Source: Escherichia coli
GTDB lineage: Bacteria > Pseudomonadota > Gammaproteobacteria > Enterobacterales > Enterobacteriaceae
Reading direction: 5' to 3' (one strand)
Assembly: GCF_016026235.1 (NCBI RefSeq)
Contig: NZ_CP065613.1
DNA: 64,000 nucleotides
This document shows positions 43,806-53,954 of this stretch, piece after piece. How positions within the stretch are numbered: the stretch's first letter is position 1; each line of letters opens with the position of its first letter. The notes under the pieces are model-generated. The model was not told the DNA's origin, did not search any database, and was given only the letters and a program-made list of their open reading frames with translations. The translations under genes and the position numbers were made by a program.

Positions 43806-44173
43806 GGCGCCAGGTCGTTGATATCGCGGGTGTTAAACTCCAGCACGCGCAGGCCGTACTTCTCGTTGACCACCACCACTTCCGCTTTGCCCAGCAGGAT
43901 ATTGTTCACTTTAATATCCAGCGGCTCCCCGGCGAGTTTATCCAGCTCAATCACCGTGTCGTCGTCGATATTAAGGAGGTCGGCTAACATGATTTCCACC
44001 GACGACACTTCCAGCGTTAAGGTCACCGGAATGCGTTTCAGCAGCGTCATCGAGTCGGAAAAACGGTCTTCCAGGCGGGTGACCAGCGTTTCAGCGTCGG
44101 CGGATTTTGCGACAGGCGCAACTTCATCGGTGAGGCCAAAATCCCCGGCTAAAATATCTTCTTGCTTACTCAT
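43802..44173 (-). CDS. lfiN: Lateral flagellar switch protein FliN homolog
   Basis: Track ORF 43802..44233; start trimmed to ATG 44173; C-terminal SpoA-like region (LLGKAEVVVVNEKYGLRVLE). Confidence 0.7.
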   Translation of the reverse strand: MSKQEDILAGDFGLTDEVAPVAKSADAETLVTRLEDRFSDSMTLLKRIPVTLTLEVSSVEIMLADLLNIDDDTVIELDKLAGEPLDIKVNNILLGKAEVVVVNEKYGLRVLEFNTRDINDLAP

Positions 44174-45017
44174 GGCTATTCTCATTTTTGCCCGCCAGCT
44201 CCGACAAAAACAGTTTGTCTTTGTCTTCCACAATCAGAGCGCTAAATAATTCAGATTGCCCAATCGCCACCGGGAACGTTTCTCCCAGTGATATGGGTAA
44301 AATATCCCCGGCTTTTATCTGCGTGAGATCCGCGACATTCATCGATAGCTCGGCGATTTTGACGTTCAGGGTCAGCGGCAGGGAGCGGATGATCTCTTTA
44401 ATCAGGGCCGGTTTATTAACGGATTTCGCCACCTGCTGCGGTTTACTGTGCTCGCTGTGGCGGATCAGATTTAAAATAAAATCGGTGTGGGCGTCGTCGA
44501 GCAAAATACGAAAACTGCTCTCTTCATCGCCCGCAAGGGTAAAGGTTAATTGATACGCCCAGTGGGTAATTACCGTGCTGCTGTCCAGCTTTAATTTCAG
44601 CGCAATACCGGATGTTTGCAGATTAAATATCAGCGTGCAGATATCCAGCGCCAGACGGTTTTTTAATCGTGTTTCAGTTTTGGTCGGCAGGACGTTATGC
44701 GCTTTAGCCTCTTCCAGAGACGACTCCAGACCATAAAAATTGCCCAGCAGCATTAACAGCAAGGAGCGATCGATATTAAACGCCAGATGCCCGACCTGGG
44801 AAACCATCAGTTCAGCGTTTTTATTAATAATATCCATTTCGCAGCCAATCTTTTTTAAGGTGATATTGCTGCGATGCTTTTTGAGAAAGTAGCTGCCCAG
44901 ATGCGAATCAATCACGTCAAAATTCCCTGTAAACAGGGTCGGCAGGCGATGGTAGGGGCGTCCGAGCCGATTACCTTCTAATTTAAAGATGCCTGGCGTT
45001 TTACTGTACTTCAGCAT
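44166..45017 (-). CDS. lfiM: Lateral flagellar switch protein FliM-like
   Basis: 283 aa upstream of lfiN in conserved order; assignment mainly positional. Confidence 0.55.
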   Translation of the reverse strand: MLKYSKTPGIFKLEGNRLGRPYHRLPTLFTGNFDVIDSHLGSYFLKKHRSNITLKKIGCEMDIINKNAELMVSQVGHLAFNIDRSLLLMLLGNFYGLESSLEEAKAHNVLPTKTETRLKNRLALDICTLIFNLQTSGIALKLKLDSSTVITHWAYQLTFTLAGDEESSFRILLDDAHTDFILNLIRHSEHSKPQQVAKSVNKPALIKEIIRSLPLTLNVKIAELSMNVADLTQIKAGDILPISLGETFPVAIGQSELFSALIVEDKDKLFLSELAGKNENSHE

Positions 45018-45189
45018 GGCTTACTTTCTCTGCTGTAATGGTATGGGCGATTTTGTGCACGCAAATCCGGCAGTGACACAAGGTGAGGTATTAAATAGAG
45101 AGGGCGTGAAAGGGGCAAATTATTAATAGGGTGAAAAAATAATTAAATTATTAAAGGGTGAGATATCGGGCATCGTCATAACACATTGC

Positions 45190-45285
<96 letters not shown>

Positions 45286-45404
45286 TAACTCATTGTTTAC
45301 CATCAAATAATATTTTTATTATCGTTTAATTCGAACTTGTTAATCCCGCCGGTGATACGCTTCACAATATCCTGTTTTCTGTCGCTACTTATATCGTTCA
45401 CCCT

Positions 45405-46382
45405 ATGTCTGAACTTATTGCAACTGCCGCTTCCAGCATTAACGCTTTTACTCTGGCAAAGCGTGTCGCCGCCTTTAACGTGCCGGTGCTCATTCAGGGC
45501 GAAACCGGCGCGGGCAAAGAGTGCGTGGCAAAATATATTCACACCGTAGCCTTTGGTGAAAATGAAAACGTCCCCTATATCGGCGTGAACTGCGCGGCGA
45601 TCCCGGAAAACATGCTGGAAGCCACGTTATTTGGCTACGACAAAGGCGCATTTACCGGCGCAATTGCCAGCGTGCCAGGAAAAATGGAACTGGCGAATAA
45701 CGGTACCTTATTACTCGATGAAATTGGCGATATGCCGCTGGCATTACAGGCTAAAATATTACGCGTATTGCAGGAACAGCAGGTTGAGCGATTAGGCAGC
45801 AACCGACAAATTAAACTCAATTTTCGCCTGATTGCCTGCACCAATAAAAACCTTGAACAGGAAGTGGCTGCCGGGCGTTTTCGTGAAGATCTCTATTATC
45901 GTCTGGCGGTTATTCCTATTACCATGCCGCCGCTGCGCGAACGTCTGAACGATATTATTCCGCTGGCAGAGTCATTTATTAAAAAATACTCCACGGTGCT
46001 GGTGAAAAATATCACCCTTTCAGAATCTACCCGCCGTGCGCTGCTCAATTACCGCTGGCCCGGCAACGTGCGCCAGTTGGAGAACGCCATTCAGCGGGGA
46101 ATGATTTTAAACCGCGATGGCGTGATTTACCCGGACGCGTTAGGCCTGCCGGAAAATGACGTTGCCGACCGCAGCGAACTGCAATGGCCTGCCGTCAACA
46201 TTGCTGAAACCAGCGATTTAGGCCAGCACGGACGAAGCGCGCAATATCAATATATCGCCGACCTGATGCGTAAATATCAGGGCAACCGCAGCAAAATCGC
46301 CGACCTGTTAGGCATTACCCCGCGCGCACTGCGTTATCGACTGGCCTCCATGCGCAAGCAAGGTATCGAAGTTTTCTCCTGA
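45405..46382 (+). CDS. lafK: Sigma-54-dependent transcriptional activator (LafK-like), no receiver domain
   Basis: 325 aa; Walker A GETGAGKE, GAFTGA motif, C-terminal HTH; protein begins directly with the AAA+ domain. Confidence 0.75.
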   Translation: MSELIATAASSINAFTLAKRVAAFNVPVLIQGETGAGKECVAKYIHTVAFGENENVPYIGVNCAAIPENMLEATLFGYDKGAFTGAIASVPGKMELANNGTLLLDEIGDMPLALQAKILRVLQEQQVERLGSNRQIKLNFRLIACTNKNLEQEVAAGRFREDLYYRLAVIPITMPPLRERLNDIIPLAESFIKKYSTVLVKNITLSESTRRALLNYRWPGNVRQLENAIQRGMILNRDGVIYPDALGLPENDVADRSELQWPAVNIAETSDLGQHGRSAQYQYIADLMRKYQGNRSKIADLLGITPRALRYRLASMRKQGIEVFS

Positions 46383-46396
46383 CCCGGAAGTTAAAA

Positions 46397-46738
46397 ATGA
46401 GCATTACCACAATCAACAGCACCATGCAGGCGCAAATCATGCAGGACGTGCAGCGGATGCAGGCCAACGCCCAGGCGCCGGTGCTGCCCGCCATGACCTT
46501 CAGTTCCACTGACCTGGACGTTTCGTTTAACCGCATTATGCAGGGCGCGCTCGGTCACGTTGACCAGTTCCAGCAGGTGGCGGAGCAGCAGCAAACGGCA
46601 ATCGACCTGGGAAAAAGCGATGACCTGGCCGGCGCGATGATCGCCAGCCAGCAGGCGTCGCTCTCTTTCTCGGCGCTGGTTCAGGTGCGCAATAAAATTG
46701 CCACCGGGTTTAACGACCTGATGAGTATGTCGATCTAA
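46397..46738 (+). CDS. lfiE: Lateral flagellar FliE homolog
   Basis: 113 aa, position before fliF homolog. Confidence 0.6.
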   Translation: MSITTINSTMQAQIMQDVQRMQANAQAPVLPAMTFSSTDLDVSFNRIMQGALGHVDQFQQVAEQQQTAIDLGKSDDLAGAMIASQQASLSFSALVQVRNKIATGFNDLMSMSI

Positions 46739-46742
46739 CCCT

Positions 46743-48398
46743 ATGAATGCACAAATAAAGAAGTTAACCCAGGCGTTTCCGGCGTTTCGACTGCGTCTTG
46801 CAGATAACAAACGCTGGGCGTTGATGGCGGGTGTGGGGATTGCCGTGGCGGCGACGGCGATTATCGTCAGCGTGCTGTGGACCGCTAATCGCGGCTACGT
46901 CTCGCTCTACGGACGCCAGGAAAATCTGCCCGTGTCGCAGATTGTTACCGTGCTGGACGGTGAAAAACTCAGCTACCGCATCGACCCGCAAAGCGGGCAG
47001 ATACTGGTGCCGGAAGATGAACTGTCGAAAACGCGCATGACCCTTGCCGCGAAAGGCGTGCAGGCGATCTTGCCCAGCGGCTACGAGCTGATGGACAAAG
47101 ACGAAGTGCTCGGCAGCAGCCAGTTCGTACAGAATGTGCGCTACAAACGCAGCCTCGAAGGGGAGCTGGCGCAGAGCATCATGTCGCTGGACGCGGTGGA
47201 GAGCGCGCGGGTGCATCTGGCGCTCAACGAAGAAAGCTCGTTTGTGGTCAGCGATGTGCCGCAAAACAGCGCCTCGGTAGTGGTGCGCCTGCACTACGGC
47301 GCGAAGCTGAACATGGACCAGGTGAACGCCATCGTGCATCTGGTTTCCGGCAGTATTCCGGGGCTGCACGCCAGCAAAGTCAGCGTCGTCGATCAGGCGG
47401 GTAACTTGCTGACCGACGGCATTGGCGCGGGCGAGGCGGTTTCTGCCGCTACCCGTAAACGCGATCAGATCCTCAAAGATATTCAGGATAAAACCCGCGC
47501 CAGCGTGGCAAACGTGCTGGATTCGCTGGTCGGCAGCGGGAATTACCGCGTCAGCGTGATGCCGGATCTCGACCTCAGCACCATCGACGAAACCCAGGAA
47601 CACTACGGCGACGCGCCGAAAATCAACCGCGAAGAGAGCGTGCTGGATAGCGACACCAATCAGGTGGCGATGGGCGTGCCCGGTTCGCTCAGCAACCGTC
47701 CGCCCGTTGCGCCTAATCAGGTAACCAACGGCGCGACGCCTGCCGATGAAAATCGCTCGCCGGAAGCGCTTTCGAAACATAGCGAAAGCAAGCGCGATTA
47801 CTCTTACGACCGTAGCGTCCAGCATATTCAGCATCCCGGCTTTGCGGTGAAACGCCTCAACGTGGCGGTGGTGCTCAATCAAAACGCCCCGGCGCTGAAA
47901 AACTGGAAGCCGGAGCAGACCACGCAGCTTACCGCGTTGCTGAACAATGCCGCCGGTATCGACGTCCAGCGCGGTGACAATCTCACTTTATCGCTGCTCA
48001 ACTTTGTCCCGCAGGTGGTCCCGGTCGAGCCTGTCATTCCGCTGTGGAAAGATGACAGCGTGCTGGCCTGGGTGCGGCTGATTGGCTGCGGCCTGCTGGC
48101 GCTGTTGCTGCTGTTCTTCGTGGTGCGACCGCTGATGAAACGGCTGACGGCGGTGCGAGTGCCGGTTATCACACCAGAACCGGAAGCCGTCAGCGAACCG
48201 TGGATCGCCACGCCGGAAGAAGAACGTAAAAACGTCGATCTGCCGTCGCTGCCTGGCGATGACAGCCTGCCTTCGCAGAGTTCCGGCCTCGAAGTAAAAC
48301 TCGAGTTCTTGCAAAAACTGGCCATGAGCGACACCGATCGCGTAGCCGAAGTTCTCAGACAATGGATCACCAGCAATGAGCGAATTGACAACAAATAA
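46743..48398 (+). CDS. lfiF: Lateral flagellar MS-ring protein FliF homolog
   Basis: 551 aa with N-terminal and late TM segments. Confidence 0.85.
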   Translation: MNAQIKKLTQAFPAFRLRLADNKRWALMAGVGIAVAATAIIVSVLWTANRGYVSLYGRQENLPVSQIVTVLDGEKLSYRIDPQSGQILVPEDELSKTRMTLAAKGVQAILPSGYELMDKDEVLGSSQFVQNVRYKRSLEGELAQSIMSLDAVESARVHLALNEESSFVVSDVPQNSASVVVRLHYGAKLNMDQVNAIVHLVSGSIPGLHASKVSVVDQAGNLLTDGIGAGEAVSAATRKRDQILKDIQDKTRASVANVLDSLVGSGNYRVSVMPDLDLSTIDETQEHYGDAPKINREESVLDSDTNQVAMGVPGSLSNRPPVAPNQVTNGATPADENRSPEALSKHSESKRDYSYDRSVQHIQHPGFAVKRLNVAVVLNQNAPALKNWKPEQTTQLTALLNNAAGIDVQRGDNLTLSLLNFVPQVVPVEPVIPLWKDDSVLAWVRLIGCGLLALLLLFFVVRPLMKRLTAVRVPVITPEPEAVSEPWIATPEEERKNVDLPSLPGDDSLPSQSSGLEVKLEFLQKLAMSDTDRVAEVLRQWITSNERIDNK

Positions 48399-49386
48399 GA
48401 GCAACAGCTACCTGGAACAGGCGGCGATCCTGCTGCTGTGTCTGGGCGAAGAAGCGGCGGCGACGGTGATGCAAAAACTCAGCCGCGAAGAAGTGGTGCG
48501 CCTGAGCGAAAACATGGCGCGGCTTTCCGGCGTGAAAACCAGCATGGCGCGCAAAGTGATCAACAACTTCTTTGATGAGTTCCGCGAACAGAGCGGGATC
48601 AACGGTGCATCGCGATCCATGTTGCAGGGCATTCTCAACAAAGCCCTCGGCACCGAGATCGCCAGCAGCGTGATCAACGGCATCTACGGCGATGAGATCC
48701 GCTCGCGGATGGCACGCCTGCAATGGATGGAACCGCGCCAGCTGGCGATGCTGATCTCCGAAGAACATCTGCAATTACAGGCGGTGTTCCTCGCGTTTCT
48801 GACGCCAGAAATCTCGGCGGCGGTGCTCTCGTATCTCAATGAATCGGTGCAAAACGAAATTCTCTACCGGGTGGCGAAACTCAACGACGTTAACCGCGAT
48901 GTGGTGGATGAACTGGACAGGTTGATCGAACGCGGCCTGTCGGTGCTTTCGGAACATGGCTCGAAGGTGAAAGGCATTAAACAGGCGGCGGATATCGTCA
49001 ACCGCTTCCAGGGCAACCAGCAGGTGATCCTCGACCAGATGCGCGAGCGCGACGAGGACGTGCTGGAGCAGCTCCAGGATGAGATGTACGACTTCTTTAT
49101 CCTCAGCCGTCAGAACGAAGAGGTGCGCCGACGCCTGCTTGACGAAGTGCAGATGGAAGACTGGGCGGTGGCGCTGAAAGGCACCGAAGCCCTGCTGCGC
49201 CGTTCGATTTACGCGGTAATGCCAAAACGGCAGGCGCAGCAACTGGAAGCCATCACCGCGCGTCTGGGGCCGGTGCCGGTCAGCCGTATCGAACAGATCC
49301 GCCGCGAAATCATGGGCATCGCCCGTGAACTGGAAGAGGCGGGCGAAATTCAGCTACAGCTCTTTGCGGAACAGACGGCGGAGTAA
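48376..49386 (+). CDS. lfiG: Lateral flagellar motor switch protein FliG homolog
   Basis: 336 aa; FliG-like armadillo repeats. Confidence 0.85.
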   Translation: MSELTTNKSNSYLEQAAILLLCLGEEAAATVMQKLSREEVVRLSENMARLSGVKTSMARKVINNFFDEFREQSGINGASRSMLQGILNKALGTEIASSVINGIYGDEIRSRMARLQWMEPRQLAMLISEEHLQLQAVFLAFLTPEISAAVLSYLNESVQNEILYRVAKLNDVNRDVVDELDRLIERGLSVLSEHGSKVKGIKQAADIVNRFQGNQQVILDQMRERDEDVLEQLQDEMYDFFILSRQNEEVRRRLLDEVQMEDWAVALKGTEALLRRSIYAVMPKRQAQQLEAITARLGPVPVSRIEQIRREIMGIARELEEAGEIQLQLFAEQTAE

Positions 49387-49388
49387 CC

Positions 49389-50099
49389 ATGACCATTGAA
49401 ACACTGCGCGGGCGCTATCGCCTGCACCGTTTCCCGCCCCGCCAGCGTGCGGTGACCGGAGAACCGCTCACCGCCAGCATCAGCGCCGCCGATTACCAGC
49501 GCCAGTTGATGGACGGTTTTCAGGAAGGGCTGCAAAAAGGGTTTGCTCAGGGAATGACCGAAGGTCAGGAGCAGGGCTTTAGCGAAGGTCATCAGCAAGG
49601 TTTTGCCGAAGGGCGACGTCAGGGCTACACCGAAGGCAGCCTCGCCGGGCAGCAGGAAGGGCGCAAACAGTTTGTTGAGGCGGCGCAGCCGCTGGAAGCT
49701 ATCACCGGTAAAGTGAACGATTTCCTCGCCCATATCGAACGTAAACAGCGGGAAGATTTGCTGCAACTGGTGGAAAAAGTCACCCGTCAGGTGATCCGCT
49801 GCGAACTGGCGCTGCAACCGACGCAGTTGCTGGCGCTGGTGGAAGAGGCGCTGGCGGCCTTCCCGGCAATGCCGGAAACATTACAGGTGATGCTGAGTAC
49901 AGAAGAGTTTAACCGCCTGCGCGACGCGGTGCCGGAAAAAGTCAGCGAATGGGGGTTGACGCCTTCGCCGGATCTGCCGCTGGGGGAATGTCGGGTGATC
50001 ACTGACAAATCCGAACTGGATATCGGCTGCGAGCATCGCCTTGAACAATGCATGACCGCGCTGAAAGAAACACTCACGCCGGAGTCGCAGGGTGAGTGA
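49389..50099 (+). CDS. lfiH: Lateral flagellar FliH homolog
   Basis: 236 aa between fliG and fliI homologs; repeated GxxxG-type segment (QEGLQKGFAQGMTEGQEQGFSEG). Confidence 0.6.
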   Translation: MTIETLRGRYRLHRFPPRQRAVTGEPLTASISAADYQRQLMDGFQEGLQKGFAQGMTEGQEQGFSEGHQQGFAEGRRQGYTEGSLAGQQEGRKQFVEAAQPLEAITGKVNDFLAHIERKQREDLLQLVEKVTRQVIRCELALQPTQLLALVEEALAAFPAMPETLQVMLSTEEFNRLRDAVPEKVSEWGLTPSPDLPLGECRVITDKSELDIGCEHRLEQCMTALKETLTPESQGE

Positions 50100-51429
50100 T
50101 TTTTCTGCGTTCGATAACGCCCTGCGCTCGCTGGAGTCGATCCCGCTGGCCCGCGTCGCCGGGCGGCTGGTGCGCCTTAACGGCATCCTGCTGGAGAGTG
50201 TCGGCTGCCCGCTAATGACCGGGCAGCTGTGCCGCATCGAAAGTGCCAATCACACGCTGATCGACGCGCAGGCCGTGGGCTTTAATCGCGACATCACCTA
50301 TTTAATGCCGTTTAAACAGCCGGTCGGCCTGATGGCAGGCGCACGCGTCTTCCCAGAAGAAAAAGCCCACGACATCCTGATAGGCGAAAGCTGGTTAGGC
50401 CGCGTGGTGAATGGCCTCGGCGAACCGCTGGATGGCAAAGGCCGCCTGAACGGCAACGACCTTCTGCCGCCGTTGCCGCCCTCGGTTAATCCCTTAACTC
50501 GTCGTTCGGTAGACGAACCGCTGGACGTGGGCGTGAAAGCGATCAACGGCCTGCTGACCATCGGCAAAGGCCAGCGCGTCGGACTAATGGCGGGCAGCGG
50601 CGTCGGGAAAAGCGTGCTGCTGGGGATGATCACCCGCCAGACCAAAGCCGATATCGTGGTGGTTGGGCTGATTGGGGAACGCGGGCGCGAAGTGAAAGAG
50701 TTTATCGACCACTCGCTGGGCGCGGACGGGCTGGCAAAGTCTATCGTCGTCGTCGCGCCTGCCGATGAATCGCCGCTGATGCGTCTGAAAGCCACCGAAC
50801 TGTGCCACTCCATCGCCGCCTGGTTTCGCGACCGCGGGCATCACGTCTTACTGCTGGTGGATTCCCTGACCCGCTACGCGATGGCGCAGCGGGAAATCGC
50901 CCTTTCGCTCGGCGAACCGCCCGCCACCAAAGGCTATCCGCCGTCGGCATTCGGCATGATCCCCAAACTGGTCGAGAGCGCAGGCAACAGCGAAAGCGCG
51001 GGATCGATGACCGCCATTTACACCGTGCTGGCGGAAGGCGACGACCAGCAAGATCCGATTGTCGACTGCGCCCGCGCGGTGCTGGACGGGCATATCGTGT
51101 TAACCCGCAAACTGGCGGAAGCGGGGCACTATCCGGCCATTGATATCGGCCAGTCGATCAGCCGCTGCATGAATCAGGTCACCAGCCTGGAACATCAGCA
51201 ATCTGCCCGCGCGTTAAAGCAAAACTATGCCGCCTACATGGAGATCAAACCGCTGATCCCGCTCGGCGGCTACGTGGCAGGCGCCGACGCCAGCGTCGAC
51301 AAAGCGGTGAAAATGTTCCCAGCTATCGAGCGGTTTTTGCGCCAGGAGATGCGCGAACCCGCCTCCCTCGAACTGGTGCAAAGCCGCCTGCAAATCCTCT
51401 TTCCTGGTGTCAAAAAGGCAGAACAGTAA
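50092..51429 (+). CDS. lfiI: Lateral flagellar export ATPase FliI homolog
   Basis: 445 aa; Walker A GSGVGKS, F1-ATPase beta-like. Confidence 0.9.
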   Translation: MSDFSAFDNALRSLESIPLARVAGRLVRLNGILLESVGCPLMTGQLCRIESANHTLIDAQAVGFNRDITYLMPFKQPVGLMAGARVFPEEKAHDILIGESWLGRVVNGLGEPLDGKGRLNGNDLLPPLPPSVNPLTRRSVDEPLDVGVKAINGLLTIGKGQRVGLMAGSGVGKSVLLGMITRQTKADIVVVGLIGERGREVKEFIDHSLGADGLAKSIVVVAPADESPLMRLKATELCHSIAAWFRDRGHHVLLLVDSLTRYAMAQREIALSLGEPPATKGYPPSAFGMIPKLVESAGNSESAGSMTAIYTVLAEGDDQQDPIVDCARAVLDGHIVLTRKLAEAGHYPAIDIGQSISRCMNQVTSLEHQQSARALKQNYAAYMEIKPLIPLGGYVAGADASVDKAVKMFPAIERFLRQEMREPASLELVQSRLQILFPGVKKAEQ

Positions 51430-51431
51430 CT

Positions 51432-51866
51432 ATGCGACAAATCATCGACACCCTGGCGCAGTTGCAGCGCCTGCGGGATAAATCGGTCAAAGACAAAACC
51501 GTCGAGCTGGCAAAGCAAAAACAGATTTGCGCGGGCTATGACAACAATATCAAAGCATTAGGCTATCTGGTGGAGAAAACGTCTGCGGGCGCGGCGGCGT
51601 CGGTGGAATCGCTGAAAAACGTCAGCGGCTACAAAGGCACTTTGCGCAAGGTGATCGCCTGGCAGGAGCAGGAAAAAACGCTAGCTAACATCAAAGCCAC
51701 GCGAATGCAGAAAAACCTGACGGCGGCGGCGTGCGAAGAGAAAGTGGTGGCCCTGACGCTGGACGACAAACGCCGCGAGCAACAAGAAAGCGCCACGGCG
51801 AAAGCGCAAAAAGCGGTGGACGACATCGCCGTTCAGTGCTGGCTGCGGCATAAATTAGCGGAGTAG
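51432..51866 (+). CDS. lfiJ: Lateral flagellar FliJ homolog
   Basis: 144 aa coiled-coil protein after fliI homolog. Confidence 0.55.
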   Translation: MRQIIDTLAQLQRLRDKSVKDKTVELAKQKQICAGYDNNIKALGYLVEKTSAGAAASVESLKNVSGYKGTLRKVIAWQEQEKTLANIKATRMQKNLTAAACEEKVVALTLDDKRREQQESATAKAQKAVDDIAVQCWLRHKLAE

Positions 51867-51868
51867 CC

Positions 51869-52264
51869 ATGAAAACGGTCATCACCTTCGGCACCTTCGA
51901 TGTGTTTCATGTCGGTCATCTGCGCCTTTTACAACGCGCCCGCAAGCTGGGCGAACGGCTGCTGGTCGGCGTATTGTCCGACGCCCTGAACATCGCCAAA
52001 AAGGGCAGGGCACCGGTTTACCATCAGGATGACCGCATGGCGATCATCGCCGGGCTGGCGTGCGTGGATGGCGTATTTCTGGAGGAATCGCTGGCGCAGA
52101 AAGCGGAGTATTTGCGGGGGTACAGTGCGGATATTTTAGTGATGGGGGATGACTGGGCAGGGAAGTTTGACGATTTCTCGTGTGTCTGTGAGGTGGTCTA
52201 TTTTCCCCGTACGCCGTCGGTATCGACGACGGGGATCATTGAGGTGATTAGGGGGAATGCATGA
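51869..52264 (+). CDS. Glycerol-3-phosphate cytidylyltransferase (TagD/TarD-like)
   Basis: 131 aa; VITFGTFDVFHVGHLRLL (HxGH motif), VMGDDWAGKFD and EVVYFPRTPSVSTTGI closely parallel Bacillus TagD as I recall it. Confidence 0.8.
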   Translation: MKTVITFGTFDVFHVGHLRLLQRARKLGERLLVGVLSDALNIAKKGRAPVYHQDDRMAIIAGLACVDGVFLEESLAQKAEYLRGYSADILVMGDDWAGKFDDFSCVCEVVYFPRTPSVSTTGIIEVIRGNA

Positions 52265-52275
52265 CAAAATAAAAT

Positions 52276-52839
52276 TTATTTTTGAGCCTCAAAGTAATTG
52301 AAGAAATATGTGTTATATTTATTTGTGTCTTTTTGTTTTATTCCATTTTTGCTAAAATAACTGTTTTTGTTTGTTGATATCTCTATTTCGATAGATTTTT
52401 CTTTTTTCATATATTCAATTTTGCATTTGTAATATCTAATAACGATATTTTCCCCATCCTTTATAACTTCAAAAATATTTGCATCATGCAGTTTGTCTAA
52501 TTTTCTATTCAAAAAGAAAGCGTCTGTTACCAGCGTTTCAACCTTGTTATTATAAGAAAAAAAGAAGCTCGCTGCACCCATATCGTTGCTTTCAAAAACT
52601 TGCTGTATATTCCCTTTAAAAAGGATGGTTTGCACTATAGTTGTTGGGGAAGAGTTTTTCTTACTATGGTTACTATAAGTTTTCATATTAATAACCATAT
52701 CCTTAAGTATGTCATTTTCCCCATATACTTCAAAGGCAGGTAGGTTTTTATTATAATCTGGATACACTATTATCATGAATAATAGAATCAAGCTTCTCAA
52801 TATAATACTAATCATTTGATTTATTCTTCCGGTGATCAT
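52276..52839 (-). CDS. Hypothetical membrane/secreted protein (AT-rich insert, gene 2)
   Basis: 187 aa, N-terminal hydrophobic segment (MISIILRSLILLFMIIVY), Asn/Lys-rich; 32-nt overlap with upstream gene. Confidence 0.4.
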   Translation of the reverse strand: MITGRINQMISIILRSLILLFMIIVYPDYNKNLPAFEVYGENDILKDMVINMKTYSNHSKKNSSPTTIVQTILFKGNIQQVFESNDMGAASFFFSYNNKVETLVTDAFFLNRKLDKLHDANIFEVIKDGENIVIRYYKCKIEYMKKEKSIEIEISTNKNSYFSKNGIKQKDTNKYNTYFFNYFEAQK

Positions 52840-53629
52840 TAAAACTGCTTTGATTGCAGGTTAAAATCAATTTCCCATTATTATAACACTGCATAGGGAG
52901 AGACTTTAGTGGATTTTTATCATCCGGAAATAAGGCATCCCATCCTTGACCTTCAGAACAGGCAACCATGTATGTTGGTGAAAAAGACCAACCTATATTT
53001 ATTGACCTCATAATCGAAGTTGTCCTAATATCTGGGAAATAAGATGGATAAGTACTTTCTGTTTGTCCCCAGACATTAACGTCCTTAAAATTATCTAATA
53101 GGGATAATTTACTGGCAAAACCTTGTCCTGAATCATCACTTGCATAACTAGTGCGACAACCATACATAACAAACATAGCGTTATTTGACCAGTTAAAATC
53201 AATTGAATCCCATCCTCCGATTATGTTCATTTGTTGTGGGTATTTAGGCACGGAAGGTGTATTTACAGAGTCTGAGGTTGTAGGACCATGAATTGGCCCC
53301 CCATGTGAGAATAAACTGACTTCTTTAACTTTTGCTTTGGTTATACCTCCATTCTTGTTTATAAAGGTTTCTAATATTTCTTTGATTTGATTAAATGTGT
53401 TAATTGATAAATGGTAAACTATCTGTGTTTCTTTTTTATACTCGGGGGAGTAAAGGATGTTGAAATAACGCGTCAGACATGCTTCTTCAAAAATAGAACG
53501 TCGGCTATCACCGGACTCATCAACCCAAAATAATAGAAACAATTCCTTTGGGCGAGATATTTTTTGAGTGACAATGTTGTTTTGTTTCTGGCTTGTTGTA
53601 CCGGAAGTTACTTTTTTATCATAAGTCAT
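52808..53629 (-). CDS. Hypothetical protein (AT-rich insert, gene 1)
   Basis: 273 aa; candidate catalytic residues in SLFSHGGPIHG (approx 105-115) and MYGCRTSY (approx 155-162); no family recognised. Confidence 0.4.
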   Translation of the reverse strand: MTYDKKVTSGTTSQKQNNIVTQKISRPKELFLLFWVDESGDSRRSIFEEACLTRYFNILYSPEYKKETQIVYHLSINTFNQIKEILETFINKNGGITKAKVKEVSLFSHGGPIHGPTTSDSVNTPSVPKYPQQMNIIGGWDSIDFNWSNNAMFVMYGCRTSYASDDSGQGFASKLSLLDNFKDVNVWGQTESTYPSYFPDIRTTSIMRSINIGWSFSPTYMVACSEGQGWDALFPDDKNPLKSLPMQCYNNGKLILTCNQSSFNDHRKNKSND

Positions 53630-53844
53630 GTTATCGTTTATGCTCTATCAATTTTAACAAAATGTTAAATTACGCAATAATTGTTATAGTGTGTAACCTA
53701 TATTTATGATAAGCAATATGTTTAGCAAGATTCAGGTTTTTTCAGAATTCATAAAGATCGCTCCCCCACAATCTACGACTTTTACCGATTCACCAGTCAT
53801 AAAGCGATGAGTTTGAAATCAGAGGGTAGTTAAGTGCGTTGTTC

Positions 53845-53945
53845 GTGCCAGATGCGGCGTAAACGCCTTAACCGGCCTACAAATCCTTACAAATTCAATA
53901 CATTGCAAGGTCGCGTAGGCCTGATAAGCGAAGCGCATCAGGCAC
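53845..53945. repeat. REP elements
   Basis: GCCAGATGCGGCGTAAACGCCTTAACCGGCCTAC and GTAGGCCTGATAAGCGAAGCGCATCAGGC palindromes. Confidence 0.6.
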
Positions 53946-53954
53946 TTGCGCGGT

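Noticed and set aside
46764-47882. 372 aa minus-strand ORF
   Set aside because: Antisense to the fliF homolog; Arg/His-rich.
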